The position numbers and the translations under genes are program-made. From positions 95,234,001 to 95,298,000 of the forward strand of contig CM052816.1 of assembly GCA_028534125.1 (NCBI GenBank): DNA of 64,000 bases. Direction: 5' to 3'. Under the pieces are notes generated by a model. That model was given only the letters and a program-made list of their open reading frames with translations, was not told where the DNA came from and made no database searches. This document shows positions 1 through 12,291 of the stretch, piece by piece. Positions within the stretch are counted from its first letter, which is position 1, and each line of letters begins with the position of its first letter. This DNA comes from Lama glama. Taxonomy: Eukaryota.

Positions 1-608
1 GTTGCCCAGGTGGAGAGAACTCCACTGAGTCAGGCGGGGGCCTCCAGGGGCTGAGAGGGAAACAACCCCGAAGTGATCGGGCAGGAGTGACAGGTGGGTG
101 TGGGAGGTGAAAAAGGAGGGGTGATTGGCTTCTGACCTGGGGGCCCTAAGAAAATTTCAAAGTCATCTTCCAAAAAAAGAAACAGCAAGAAAACCCAGTC
201 TTCTTGGCAAACAAAGGAGGACCCAGAAATCTGACGTCAGTTAAGAGAAGAATCACACATATACGCAAGAGATATGCAACTTGAATCAAGGGTTCGTAGT
301 AGAAAGTGTAGTTAATTTCAAAGGGTACTGGTGCATATGAAGTCGTTTCATTGGTTTGTTTTGGTTTGCTTTTTTTTTCTGGCCGGGAGCAGTTTGTCTG
401 ACTTTTATGACAAAAACAATCTGTTCCCTCAGGTACATGCAAAACAGGATCACCTCTAGCCCCTTCCATGAGTCAGTGAGTGCAGTTCCTCTGGTGGCAG
501 GGAACAGATTTGGGGACCCTCTTCTGCCCTGGCACCTCCATCGCCTCTGGCCTGGGTTCCTACCGCACACCTGCCCATTCAGTAAGAAGGTAAAAAATGA
601 ACAATGGT

Positions 609-731
609 GGGGGAGGGTCTAGCTCGGTGGTAGAGCGCGTGCTTAGCATGCACGAGGTCCTGGGTTCAATCCCCAGCACCTCCATTAAACATGAATAAAC
701 CTAATTACCTCTACCCTCCAACAAAAAAAAA
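609..731 (+). mobile_element. tRNA-Ala-derived SINE (Vic-1-like), young-looking copy
   Basis: tRNA-Ala(AGC)-like head with A box TAGCTCGGTGG and B box GGTTCAATCC, then tail TAAACCTAATTACCTC and poly(A). TSD AACAATGG at 600-607 and 732-739. Confidence 0.88.
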
Positions 732-1029
732 AACAATGGACAGATTTCCCGGGTCATAATCATCCATCATCCAGATGGTGGTAGCTAGAAAAGACAGGAC
801 AAAATATCCAGTTGGGGTACAGGGATGAGCCCAGAAAGGTGGCATTGCATCGCAGGCACTGATGAACCTCTGAGGATTCCTTTCATCTCCGGAGGGGCCG
901 TCAGTGACCCACCCCCGCCGACCACAACCTCAGCACATCCCGCCCTCCAGACCCCTTTTTCTGAGAACAAGTCTTGCTCCCCTCAGGGGTCTGAGCCACC
1001 AGTTCTCTCCCTCATCCACCTACTAACTG

Positions 1030-1407
1030 CCTGCCGTGGGTCCCCCAAAATAGATGTGCCCCAGTTCTAACCCCTGGTACCTGTGAACATGACCTTGTTT
1101 GGAAATACAGTCTTTGCAGATGGAATTTGGTTAAGAAACTTGAGATGAGGTCATCCTGGAGATGTGAGACACAGACACACAGAAGGGGAAGCCGGGCAAG
1201 GACGGAGGCAGAGACTGGAGTGATGCGGCCACCAGCCAAGAACACCCGGAGCCAGCAGAGGCTGCAAGAGGCAAGGAAGGACCCTCCCCTCGGGTCTTCG
1301 GAGGGAGCATGAACCTGCTGTCTCCTTTTTTAAGTTGAAGTTTAGTCGATTTACCATATTGTGTTCATTTCTGATGTACAGCATAGTGATTCAGTTATAT
1401 ATATATG

Positions 1408-1457
<50 letters not shown>

Positions 1458-1705
1458 TTTTTCATTATAGGCTATTACAAGATATTGAATATATTTCCCT
1501 GGGCTCTACAGTAGGACCTTGTTTATCTATTTTACATATAGTAGTTTGTATTTGCTAATCCCAAACTCCCACATAACCCTCCCCCTCAAAACTGCTATCA
1601 CTTTGATTCTGGATTTCTAGACTTCAGATCTGTGAGAGGATAAATTTCTGTTGTTTAAATCACCAAATTTGTGATAATTTGCTATGACAAATAGGAAACT
1701 GATAC
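1030..1705 (+). mobile_element. MaLR solo LTR (MLT1-type) interrupted by an L1 3' end
   Basis: MLT1 motifs (cctgtgaacatgaccttgtttggaaat, gatgaggtcatcctgga, gataaatttctgttgtttaa). LTR is split at ~1322-1588. Confidence 0.8.
1322..1588 (-). mobile_element. Cetartiodactyl-type L1 3' end with (TA)n expansion
   Basis: Reverse complement of ataaacaaggtcctactgtagagcccagggaaatat. Imperfect TSD aacctgctgtc/aaactgctatc. (TA)n at ~1398-1450. Confidence 0.82.
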
Positions 1706-3159
1706 ATCGACACTCCAGCACCACACTCGCCCTGCATCCTCCGAGCATCTCCCCGACCCAACCATCCCCCTTCAGTCCGGCTCAGAATGACACCCGGGGG
1801 TCCAGCCTCTCTCACCTACAAGGGTGGCAGAAGCCCACATCAGATCACCTGCCTCCTGGTCTGACTCCTCTCCATCCTCCATACTCCTGTGTTCTACCTG
1901 CTCAGAAATGTCCATTCCTGCAAGTCTCTAGTCACCCTCAGAAGGAAAAGCCCAGAGATGGCCCCTGCCCCCATCCCCAGCCTGAGCGGGGCAACGTGTC
2001 AGAGGCACCTTTATGGTAAACGCAGGCATTGTTTGGTGCATTTGCAAAAATAAGATCTAATCACACGGTGCAGTAAAATACACACAATGCCTGGTAATTT
2101 GCCTAGCTTTTTTATTCCTCCAGCCACCGCTAACCTCAGCTTTTAATAAACAGAAAAAAACATGGCTGATTAGGGAAATGAACAGAACAAACACTGCAAA
2201 GAGAGCCTTGCGATGTGAACGTTGCTGCTTCAAACAGTCTGAATGCAAAAGAAACAAAGCGTCTGGGCCACTGACACCAGCCCAGCGCATCGCTCATCAG
2301 CAACAGGGAGCGCCCGGCCTAAGCTTATGGTTCTGAGCAGGCTGGTCAGCTTGCAGCCCGCTTACCACTCCAGGTTCCTAGGTCCCTGTTAAGGAGACCT
2401 TTACAGTTACAAGAACGAATTACCCACAGGAATGTGGTGCTGGGGCCTATAACACACCTGTAAGTCACAAACCAATGAACTGCTGCCACCACTCTCCTTC
2501 TGGTTTCCCGTCTTTTACTCAGAGTGACATGTGCCTTTGGTCTTTCCAAAACCAGCAGCACATCAGCTGATCAAATGCTCCCAACACATATCTGTAACAT
2601 TTTTTCATTGTTGTCTCAACCAACTTTACTATTTAGAGCAGCTTTAGATTCACAGCAAAATGAGTGGAAAGTACAGAGATTTCCTCACCTGCAAAATTTT
2701 AATACCTGAAACGATGTCCAGGGAAAATGTCTTATGCTACTTACAAATTTCAACTGAGCAGCTATAAAAGCTAAGACTGGCCTGAAAAAAAAAAACATAT
2801 GGGTTAATAGCTACAAGAAAGAAACAAAAAATAAGTCTAGAGTAAATATACGCCATTTAAAAAAATTCCTTAGAAAGATGGTCAGAGCATACGAGTTGAT
2901 GCTTCAACTAACAAGAGTTACATTGTTAGTCATACAAACGTTACTTGTTTCCAATTGTTAGAACCAATCAACAGATAAAGTCAAGATACACCTAAGCATA
3001 ATTCCAGATTAGATGTGGAAATGTTATTAATTTTGTCAACAGAAATACAATGAGGACACAATAAAAGGGGGTCCGGCATGTCCCTCCCTAACAGAGAAGT
3101 CTAGAAAGACTGACTAGAGCTGATTCAAAAGAAACCAAGGTGGAAATAAAATATATGCT

Positions 3160-3790
3160 TAATGTAGGTGCCTGACAATTAGCTTTTTCAACTGTAATAT
3201 AAGTGCCTGACACTCAGCTTCTGACAGCTGGGGCATCTGTTTCAAAGACATCCATCTCGAATAAACACACGGCCAGTGGTTCAACTACAAAAAGAGGCAG
3301 GCGGCCCCATGCGAGTTTTCCTTTTTAGAAACCTCCAGGTGACCTAGATGGCTGACCCCTGGACCGACTGCTTCCCCTCCTGCACTTTAACTCCCACTCT
3401 TTTAAGTTCACCAATAAATTCACCCAAAGAAAACCTGGGCCCCTGCCAGTGAAGGCAGAACCCCAGGTGTTCTCATTCTCTTTCTCTCTCTCTCTCTCCC
3501 CCTCTCTCCCCCATCCCCAGGCCTCTGCTGTGTGGCCCCAGGCATGCCACGTATCCTACAAGTCCTATAAGTAACAAAGCTTCTCTTTTCAAAGTTTCCT
3601 GATGGTTGTTGCCAGAGTGTGTCTAGCAGTCATACTAAGAACCACGAGGGCTGGTCCAGGCACAATACTGGCCCTGGTGGGGAAGTGTCTGCAGAGGAAG
3701 CCACAGGTAGTATGGGGCGAGGCGAGTGCCCCGGGCGTTCATAGCCTGTAGCATCACTAACCATAAGCTGAGAACGCACAAAACAATAAG
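3160..3790 (+). mobile_element. ERV1-like LTR remnant
   Basis: LTR-like composition with AATAAA (~3413), a CT tract and an R/U5-like segment. Family and exact ends uncertain. Confidence 0.5.
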
Positions 3791-4331
3791 GCGTTAGAAC
3801 CATCAATATGAAAAGTGATGGGTGGATGTGTCTGACTGGCGAGGGGATGTGGGGGAGTAGCGCGCATCAGCAAAAACTCTGTCTGTCATTGCAGGGGGTC
3901 TATGGCAATGTCACAAACGGATAATTCAAGACGCCCATGATGAGTAAGTTGCACATCCGCAGGGAGCGGCAGCCAGAAGGAACGGAGTGGGAATGGTTGT
4001 CGGTCCTGGGAAGCAGACAGGAGAGGAGAGGGCCTGGGGGAGCTGCTGCGGCTGTTCACACAAGGCCATCTGCAAGATCTTCTTTTCTACCATGTCCGTG
4101 CACAGCTTTAACAAAAATGGGGGAAGAGGATCAAAAGGCAGAAATGTCCGGTTATGGAATAAATGAGCCACGAGGACGTAATGTACAGCACGGTGACCAG
4201 TTAACAGTACTGTATTTTATATGTGAAAGTTGCTAAAAAATCTTACAAGTTCCCATCACAAGAAAAAATATTTGTGTGCATGTGCGGTGATGGATGTTAG
4301 CTGGACTTATTGTGGTGATCATGTCAAAATA

Positions 4332-4770
4332 CAGCCGTCCCCTGGTATCCTCAGGGAACTGGATCCAAGACACCCACGGATACTAAAATCAACAGACTCT
4401 CAAGGCTCTTATATAAGATGGCATAGTGTTTGCATATAACCTACACACACAAACCTGTATACTTTAAATCATCACTAGATTACTTATAATACCTAATACA
4501 ATGGAAGCTCTGTGAGTGGCTATAAATGTAGTGTAAATGCTATGTAAACAGTTGCCAGCTGGTAGCAAATTCAAGTTTTCCTTTTTAGAACTTTCTGGAA
4601 TTTTTTTCCTTTTTTTTTTTAAATGGAGGTACTCGGGATTGAACCCAGGATCGCATGTATGCTAAGCATGTGCTCTACCATGGAGATAAACCCACTCCTT
4701 GCTTTCCCAATATTTTTGATCCGTGGTTGGTTGACTGTGGATGTGGGAGTCGTGGATACAGAGGGGCAAA
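4332..4770. mobile_element. MER2/Tigger-derived DNA transposon
   Basis: Degenerate TIRs (cagccgtcccctggtatcc ... ggatacagagggg) and internal motif ctagattacttataatacctaataca. Confidence 0.75.
4610..4700 (-). mobile_element. Vic-1-like SINE nested in MER2
   Basis: atggaggtactcgggattgaacccagg...gctaagcatgtgctctacca with an upstream poly(T). Confidence 0.82.
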
Positions 4771-5594
4771 TATTTAATCATTATGTTGTACACCTAAAAC
4801 TAATATAATGTTATATGTCAATTATACCTCAATTTTTTTAAATGGAAAGAGGAAAACAAAATACTAAGAAGAACTTTTAAGAAATACATTTATGGAAAAA
4901 AATTAAGCAGATGGTCCAAAATAATACCTTTTTCTTTAAAGGTCAAGGTGTATTTAAGGAATAATCTGGAAAATGGATGGATTAGTTAACCAACACTGTT
5001 GGAAAAGTTGATTATTAAGCAGGAAAAATACACATATATACATCATATATCAAGATACAGATCAAAAAGACAAAAAAAGAGCAAAAGTAAATATATACAT
5101 ACATACATTTTAAAACTGTTCACTGAGACAAGGAAGGGTTTTACTAGCATAGCAATGAATAAAGTAATAAATAAAAATATTACTGTACATGAAAACATAA
5201 CTTCCATTTACATAAAAAACCATAAGCAAAATTAGAAGGAAATTTAAAAACAGCAACCAAATTAATGACATATACAGGGTTATTTAAACATCCACAGAAA
5301 TGTGTTAAATATCAGCATGAGTGTACCAACAGCCCAGCACCTTAAATGGATAAAGAAAAGAAAAATCACTAGTAAGCAAAGTGAAATATTAATGAGACAG
5401 TACGTACTTAACAAAAAAGAGTGTATTTCAGATATTCACAGAAGATGGATTACTCAGTTAATGGTGTTGGACAAATGGCCTAGCCATATGGGAAAAAAAA
5501 TCAGGTTGGATCTTTATCTCATGTCCTATGCCAAAATGAATCATTAAACATACAACCATTAAAACACTGGAAGAAAATTTAGATAACTCTTTCT

Positions 5595-5918
5595 TTCTTT
5601 TTTTTTTCTTTCTTTCTTTCTTTCCTTCCTTTTTTTTTTTTTTCAGAGTTATGTTTTATTCGGTGGACAATTCTGAGGATTAGAACCCCTTCGAGTCTGG
5701 GATGATAGCCTCCCAGATCGCTCTGAGGGACTGCTCCAAAGAGGTCGGAGAGGAGCTAGGATATATAGGAGCTCTACAACAAAGACCAGGTAGTTGGAAC
5801 AATAAAAGATTACTTGTTAACTAAAGAAAACCAGATATCTCAAATTAAAGAATTTAGCGCTTTTCTATGTATGGGAGGGAGCAAACATTTGGGCTCACTG
5901 AATTCATTCCTTTGACAA
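5595..5918 (-). mobile_element. Polyadenylated ERV1-LTR fragment (U3-R part) flanked by a TSD
   Basis: Reverse complement aligns by eye with the solo LTR at 32132-32613. It ends AATAAAACATAACTCTG followed by an A-rich tail. TSD TAGATAACT(C/A)TTTCT at 5580-5594 and 5919-5933. Confidence 0.78.
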
Positions 5919-6690
5919 TAGATAACTATTTCTATAAACTTGGCTTTAAAAAAGCATTGTGAAGCATGAGAGCAAAGCCAGAAACCATAAAGAAAAAAAA
6001 TAGATAAATCTGACTAAACCAAAATCTACACCTTGTCAGCAAAACAGTATAAAGAAAGTGAAAAGGAAAATGACAGGAACTTTCACTTTCAGCTGTGAAA
6101 AGCTGGGTTCAATCAGACCCACTCTTCCACTTCCAGAGAACAAGTAAGACTGAATAATTTTTTTTAATCTATCTGGAAGCATCAGACTTCCAAGACAGCC
6201 AAGATTTCCAGGCCCAGTGTCCCAGAAAGAAGGGGAAGGCCCTGAGATAAGCCTCCATTCCATTTTTCCCATCATGGTATTTGCTGATTCATGAGGCTGA
6301 GAGACTGAGAAACCAAGCAGAGAGTGGCAGCTATGATCGGACACAGAGTTGATCACATCTCAGAGGTTACGGAGGCAGTACTGGAGTGCATGGCCTGCCA
6401 AGGATGACAGGACTGTTAAATATGCCACATCTTCTGCAGGAATCCTAAAGGGCTAGGCCTAAAGTAACATAACCCCAAGGCTGACCAGACCTTGCCAAGA
6501 CCCACCTAACCTACTATCATCAGCCCCACTCTGGCTGCCAGAAACAAATTAAATCCTGTCTGGAGAAAGATAACACCATCTAGAGCTACTTCAGTTTTGC
6601 ATATACAGTGTCTATTATTCAAAAAAAATTTTTTTCCAGGCATATCAGAAGACAGGACCAAGAGAAAAACAGACACAAGAAAACATCTCC

Positions 6691-6742
6691 TCACAACATT
6701 GTAAAATGATTATAAATCAATAAAAAATGTTGAAAAAGAAAA
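6691..6742 (+). mobile_element. Extremely 5'-truncated young L1 3' terminus
   Basis: cacaacattgtaaaatgattataaatcaataaaaaatgtt plus A tail. Perfect 14-bp TSD AAGAAAACATCTCC at 6677-6690 and 6743-6756. Confidence 0.85.
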
Positions 6743-7359
6743 AAGAAAACATCTCCAAGAGATACAGATATTGGAGTTTGAAACTGTAATTCACATGTAA
6801 TAGAAAACAGTGACACAAGGGGAATTTAGCAGAAAACTGGAATCTATAAAGAATCAAGTAAAATTTTTAGAAATAAAATAAATAAAACTGAAATTCGGAA
6901 TTTTAAAAGGAGCTAAGTAGCAGATTAAGGTAAAGAGAGAATTAGTGAACTGGAAGATGAGTTAACCAAAAAGGCCAGGACAAGGAAAAGAGGATGGAAA
7001 AGGGGGGGGGGGGGAGAGAGAAAGATATGGAGCATACTAGGGGAGGTTTAATATATGAGACTATGGAGTCACAGAACGTGAACAAAAGAGAATAGAACAA
7101 AATGATATTTGAAAAGACTGTGGCAGAGAATTTGCCCAAACTGACAAAAGATATCAAGCCATAAATTCGAAACTTTCTATAAACCAAATAAGATTTTAAA
7201 AATAAATGCAAACTGAAAAAACAGTATGGAACACATGTTAGACAAAGAATACTACCTTTAGCCTATTTTAAAAGTTCTTAGAACTCAGGAAGAAGAGACA
7301 GACTAATCAAAAAGGAAATGAAAAAGGGTATGAAGAAGTAAATCAAAGAAAAAAGGAAC

Positions 7360-7535
7360 CAACAACAAGTTTCTACTGTGTAGCACTGGGAACCATATTC
7401 AGTATCTTGCAGTAACCTATAATGAAAAAGAATACGAAAACAAATATGCGTATGTAACTGTATGACTGAAACATTATGCTGCACACTAGAAATTGACACA
7501 ACATTGTAAACTGACTATACTTCAATTAAAAAAAG
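7360..7535 (+). mobile_element. L1 3' end
   Basis: aacaacaagtttctactgtgtagcactgggaacc...gactatacttcaattaaaaaaa. Confidence 0.82.
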
Positions 7536-9558
7536 AAAGAAACCTAAAAGGCTAGTAAACATGTTACATGAAACATGTTTTAACCTCACTAATCATCAAA
7601 GATGCACATATTAAAATGAGGTATCACTTTTTGACCATGAGTTAGAAAAGATTAGAAAGTGAAAATAATTAGCTTTGGCAAAGTGGAAGGAAAGGCATTC
7701 TCATATCTTGCTAGTGAGCATATGCTGGTTCACTCTTCCTAGACAGCAATTTGCTACCAGGTACTACATCAGTGAGGATAAGTCAGGTTGTGTGGCAGTA
7801 ACAAGCAATCCCCAAATCTCAATGGCTTATGACAAATGTCTCCTTTCCCACATGACATGTGCATTGCACGTGGGCAACAGTTCTCTCCCATTTTGTTTTC
7901 CCTTCAGCTGGAATATTACAAGTCTCATCACAGAGGGAAAAGAGGGTGTCACAAATCATATGCTGGGTTTTAAAAATCATGACGAAAGTTACACAGGTCA
8001 CTTCTCAACTGAATTTGCCAGAGCAAGTGGCACAGCCAAGCATGATGCTACAGAGAGCAAAAGTCTACTCCTGCTCCAAGGAAAGACAGAATTATTTGTG
8101 AAAATAATAGGACATCACGACGTGGATCCAAACTCAAGACCCAACAATTTCCTTAGAAAACAATTAGATCGATGTGCAAAGATATCAATGATGCGCTGCT
8201 CATAAATGACAAACTAGAAATAACCTCAGTGTCCACTGGAAAGTTACAGGTTAAAAAAATGAAAATATCCAAAAAACAGAATATATAGCAGTAATTTAAA
8301 ACAATGATGTCTGTGTGCTGACAGGAAAACATGTCTTCAACAAGTTGCTAAGGAAAAAATGTAGACTACTTATATCGCATTATAAAAAATGACTCTGAAG
8401 TTATACCAAAAAAAAAGAATTATTTCTAGTTCAGTGATTTTCGTATTTGGCATTTTGCCTTTCTATGTTATCTGAATATTTACAATAAGCATGTATGGCT
8501 TTTAATGTTTCAAAGACCAATAAGCCATTTCACCATTTTTAATAATTAACGTGTCACATGAAGAAGATACGGCTAAACAGGCAGTTTTCAGCCCTGCTGG
8601 TGGAAGGAGGAATCAGTACAATCTCCTAGAAAGCGAGACGGCCTTTGAAAGACTCATACTCCTCAACCTGGTAATATACCTTCTAAGAGCTGACCTAACA
8701 GGGGATGCCCCTCGTGCCAGGAAGAGACACACTAAGACATTCATTCATCAGAGCATTATTTATACAGCAAAATCTCAGAAACCGACAAAATGCCCCCAAA
8801 TGACAAAATCAATGATGATGGGTAATGAAATGACTTTTGAAAATCAAGATTCTAAAATACTTTACACGTAGAAATGAGCTCAGAGTATGCTTGTAAGTGA
8901 AAAAAGCAGGCTCCAAAAACTGTACTTAAAAGATAAACTTTGGTGATAGACAGACAGATCATATCAATGCTAACTTCATGGTCTCCAGGTACCACTAGGT
9001 CACTTGTTTTCATTTCCTTCTTTCTTTGTTTCTTTTTTTCATTTTCTACACCTACGTATTTCTATCGGAGGTAGCAAAAAAATCTAATAAATACTACTGT
9101 TCAATGTCACAGTAAAGGAGAAAGGATCAGAGGGGGAAATGATCATTCACAGAGAAGAATCAAGCTCTATGCAGGAGAGCCTTTACAGACCACGGAAACC
9201 AGAAACACCTGCCACAGTGAAAATTCCATGTCCCCCAACTTCATTGCCCCTTGAAATTCAGATAGCAAAAGATTCTCCTCACCTCTTAGCCAAGCACACA
9301 GTGTGACTGGGAGCCAGGAACACATGAATAAGGTCCTGGTAAATGTGAATGTATTGGAAAAGGCTCGCATTTTGCCATGAAAAGATGTTTCCGTGTTTGA
9401 ATCTGCTCTAACTACAGGAGACCAATAGCAATTAACTTCCTCAGTGATGCATTAAGACAACAGACACACACAAGCTAAGCATGAAAAGACTGAAGGCGAG
9501 AGCCATCCTGTTGGCCTAATGTTGTTACGAACTGGATGGAACATAGAGATTAGAAAGC

Positions 9559-9561
<3 letters not shown>

Positions 9562-9598
<37 letters not shown>
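9562..9598. repeat. (CA)n microsatellite
   Basis: Direct observation. Similar tracts at ~21103-21153, ~57544-57566 and ~58322-58370. Confidence 0.95.
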
Positions 9599-9600
<2 letters not shown>

Positions 9601-9646
9601 GTCACAGGGACCCCCACACATGGTGTCTTCACAGTGTATCAGATTT

Positions 9647-9781
9647 TTTTTTCTCTTTTTTCTTTATGAGGGAGAGGTAATCGGGTTTATTTATTTATAT
9701 TTGGAGGAGGTACTGGGGATTGAACCCAGGCCCCCATGCATGCTAAGCATGCACTCTGCCACTTGAGCTACACCCTCCCCT
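9647..9781 (-). mobile_element. Vic-1-like SINE
   Basis: Head and tail in reverse orientation. TSD-like cagtgtatcagattt / cagcatatcagattt. Confidence 0.85.
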
Positions 9782-11039
9782 TTCAGCATATCAGATTTAA
9801 ACAATGACTTCCAACCAGGCAGAGTGCTGCTGGCTGTCGGGGAAGCACTGGCCCTTTCCTTCTCCTTCATGTGCAGCTGCATGCATTATTTCCTCCCGTC
9901 ACATCACAGAAAAAAGAGATACCGCTGACCCTCCCACCGGAGTCTGAGCCGCACGGGCCCACTTACGCGCGTACTCTTTTCAATTGACATAATACATGTA
10001 CTTTCACTTTAACAGATCTTTAAATTAACAAAGTGTTGGGGGGAAGTTTCTGTTCGATCAGTGACCACAACTTGTGGAAGCAAAAGAACTGGGACTGGAG
10101 TCCTCTCTCCAGGCTGTTTCAGCCGCCTGCCCTCAGGTGAGTCATCCATCAGTTCCTGCGTTTTGGAGGCAGACAGCAGCACACGGATTTTCAGCTGCTC
10201 AGTGGGGTGGAGCTGCAACCCCGCATTGCTCGAAGATCAGCTGTACCTCTCAGCTCGGTACTGACCGGAGCTGATGGAAAACGCGTAAGACTCACGTTGC
10301 CATCTGTCAGTTCCTTGAGGACGGAGCCCCCAGGACATGTCCCTCTCTGGGCCTCCAGGCTCCAGTGGAAAGCCTGGTGCAGAAAAGGCATTGGGGAGGT
10401 CTGGGAAGGATGGAGGATGGATGGGTGAGTCTGTGCAGGCGAGGAAGGAGGTGGGTGGGCCTGGCAGTGCTAGGAGGTGCTCAGAGGTGCAGTCCTGTAT
10501 CTCTGATCCCAGAACCACGTCTCTCTCGGCTTGATATGCTTCCCATTTGGTGCCCTTAACCCTGCCCTGTATGGAAACCCCTCAAACCCCACAGCCCAGC
10601 ACCTCCTCTTCCAAGGGGGCACCCAGCACACCTGTTAGGCAGGGAGGCCTCTTGGCAGCCAGGCAGGGGTGGGTGACAGAGGAAGCCACCAGCCCCACAA
10701 GAGATGGTTTCTAGTTTTACGGGTCTCCTTTCACGAGAGCGAAGCCTCCCGCTCCACAGTGTCCGGGGACCTCATTTTCCAAAGCTGTGTGCATCTATGA
10801 AACACCTGATTCAGTTACATGAATACTGAAAAGACCTCAGTCCAGTTAAGTACAACGGAAGAGGCAAGCTCACCACACCAGTCCTTCAAACCTCCAGCCT
10901 GGAACCCTCTGTCCTCTTGAAAGAGCACCGACTTGCAAGGACACGCGACTACAACGCTCACTTCTGAGAGGAAGGGTCTTTTTCCTTCTGCTCTAACTCG
11001 TTGCCCAGACCAGTCCTTCTGTCTCTGGGTGGTCACCAT

Positions 11040-11400
11040 CAGTCACTTCTGACCTCTTCTCCTGACGGCTCCCCCGCTTCAGTCTGCACTAGCCCCTCTG
11101 GCCTCCTGGCTGTTCCAGAACATTCCAGGCACTTCTACCTCAGAGCCTTTGTTCCTCCTGCTCTATCTGCCTGGACCGCTTGTCCCTCAGACAGCCAGAG
11201 AGTGAGACTTTCATTTCCACAGTGTCTGTACTCGAAGGCCCCCTCCTCAGTGCGGAGGGACCTGCCCCGCGTAACCCATGCCCGGCCTGCTCCCCTGCAT
11301 CTCCTCCCCAGAAGCCCGCGAGCGCCATCTCAGTGGACTTTCCATCTTTTTCAGCACTCTGGTCCCTAGAACAGTGCCCGGTGCAGGGCACACACTTTTG
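11040..11400. mobile_element. L2 LINE fragment
   Basis: ctggcctcctggctgttccagaaca...cctcagagcctttg...tctgcctgga...ctagaacagtgcc motifs. Other likely L2 pieces at ~13400-13720, 25270-25560, 34400-34550, 35690-35900. Confidence 0.65.
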
Positions 11401-12047
11401 GTGATATTTCTTTTTAAAGGAGGAACTACAGCTCAGGGTCTGCTTGTTCTCTTAGTAGAGTGCGCAGCACACGGTCTCGCTGGGCACGCAATTGTCATCT
11501 CTGGCTGCTCATAATCTTCGTTATCAATTAAATGTCTACTGAGTGTGTGGTGCCACCTCCAAGGTCCTCCTGGCTCTGGATAAAAGGTGGAACGATCATC
11601 ATGAAAGGCAGACTCAGTGAAATTTGGAGCAGATGCATCATGCCTCTTGGGGCGAATCTCCTCCTATTACACTTTTAAAAGCACTACTTGTCCAATTTTG
11701 AGTGTTTCTCAAGAGGAAAATACAGTCAAATGTTAAGATTCTGACAACAAACACTCCAAATAAGAAACTGAGAAGTGTTTACAGTGCTGGGAATTCTAAT
11801 TATAGACTTCTCTCACTTTATGGCATCGGAGCATCTCGGAGGAGCTGGCACATACAATTTTCCTGCTACACCATGTAAATTCTTTTTAAAAAAACACCTG
11901 ACAGAACTTTTAGTGAGAAGAGGCAGAATAGAGTCACCAGGCTTGCCAGATACCCAGCTCCTTCGACAACCTCAGGAAGTTGTCCATGTAAGAAGGCAGG
12001 CGCTCATGGCCACAACTCGAGCAATTTTGCTGCCTTATTCTCTATTT

Positions 12048-12290
12048 CAGTAATCTTCAACCAGGGAGTGGTTTTGTACCTGCTCCCTCCCCACAGGGGA
12101 CATTTGGCAACATCTGAAGACATTTTTGGTTGTCACGCTGGGGCAGGGCAGGGCAGGGCAGGGCGGGTGAGCTACTGGCAGCTCAAGGGTGGAGGCCAGG
12201 AATGCTGCTCAGCATCCTGCAGTGCACAGGACCGCCCACAACAAAGAATGATCCAGCCCCAAATGTCAGGAGCGCCAGGCCTGAGAAGTC
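12048..12290 (+). mobile_element. MER20 (hAT-Charlie MITE) with (GGGCA)n expansion
   Basis: ggggacatttggcaacatctgaagacatttttggttgtcac ... gaggccaggaatgctgct ... acaacaaagaatgatccagccccaaatgtca. Confidence 0.88.
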
Positions 12291-12291
12291 T

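Larger units (their letters stand above)
4120..4840 (+). mobile_element. Old L1 (L1MA/MB-type) 3' end interrupted by a MER2-like element
   Basis: L1 3' UTR motifs (aatgtacagcacggtgac; ttatgttgtacacctaaaactaatataatgttatatgtcaattatacctcaat) on both sides of the insert. Confidence 0.75.
6075..8940 (+). mobile_element. Highly decayed ancient L1 fragments with nested insertions (including an MLT1-like piece ~7765-8060)
   Basis: A-rich + strand with L1 ORF1/3'-like motifs (gaattagtgaactggaagat; aacctcactaatcatcaaagatgcac). No intact ORF. Confidence 0.55.

Noticed and set aside
612..684. Functional tRNA-Ala(AGC) gene
   Set aside because: The acceptor stem has mismatches, and the sequence continues into a SINE tail, poly(A) and TSD with no nearby T-run terminator. 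Eight related decayed copies occur in the window.
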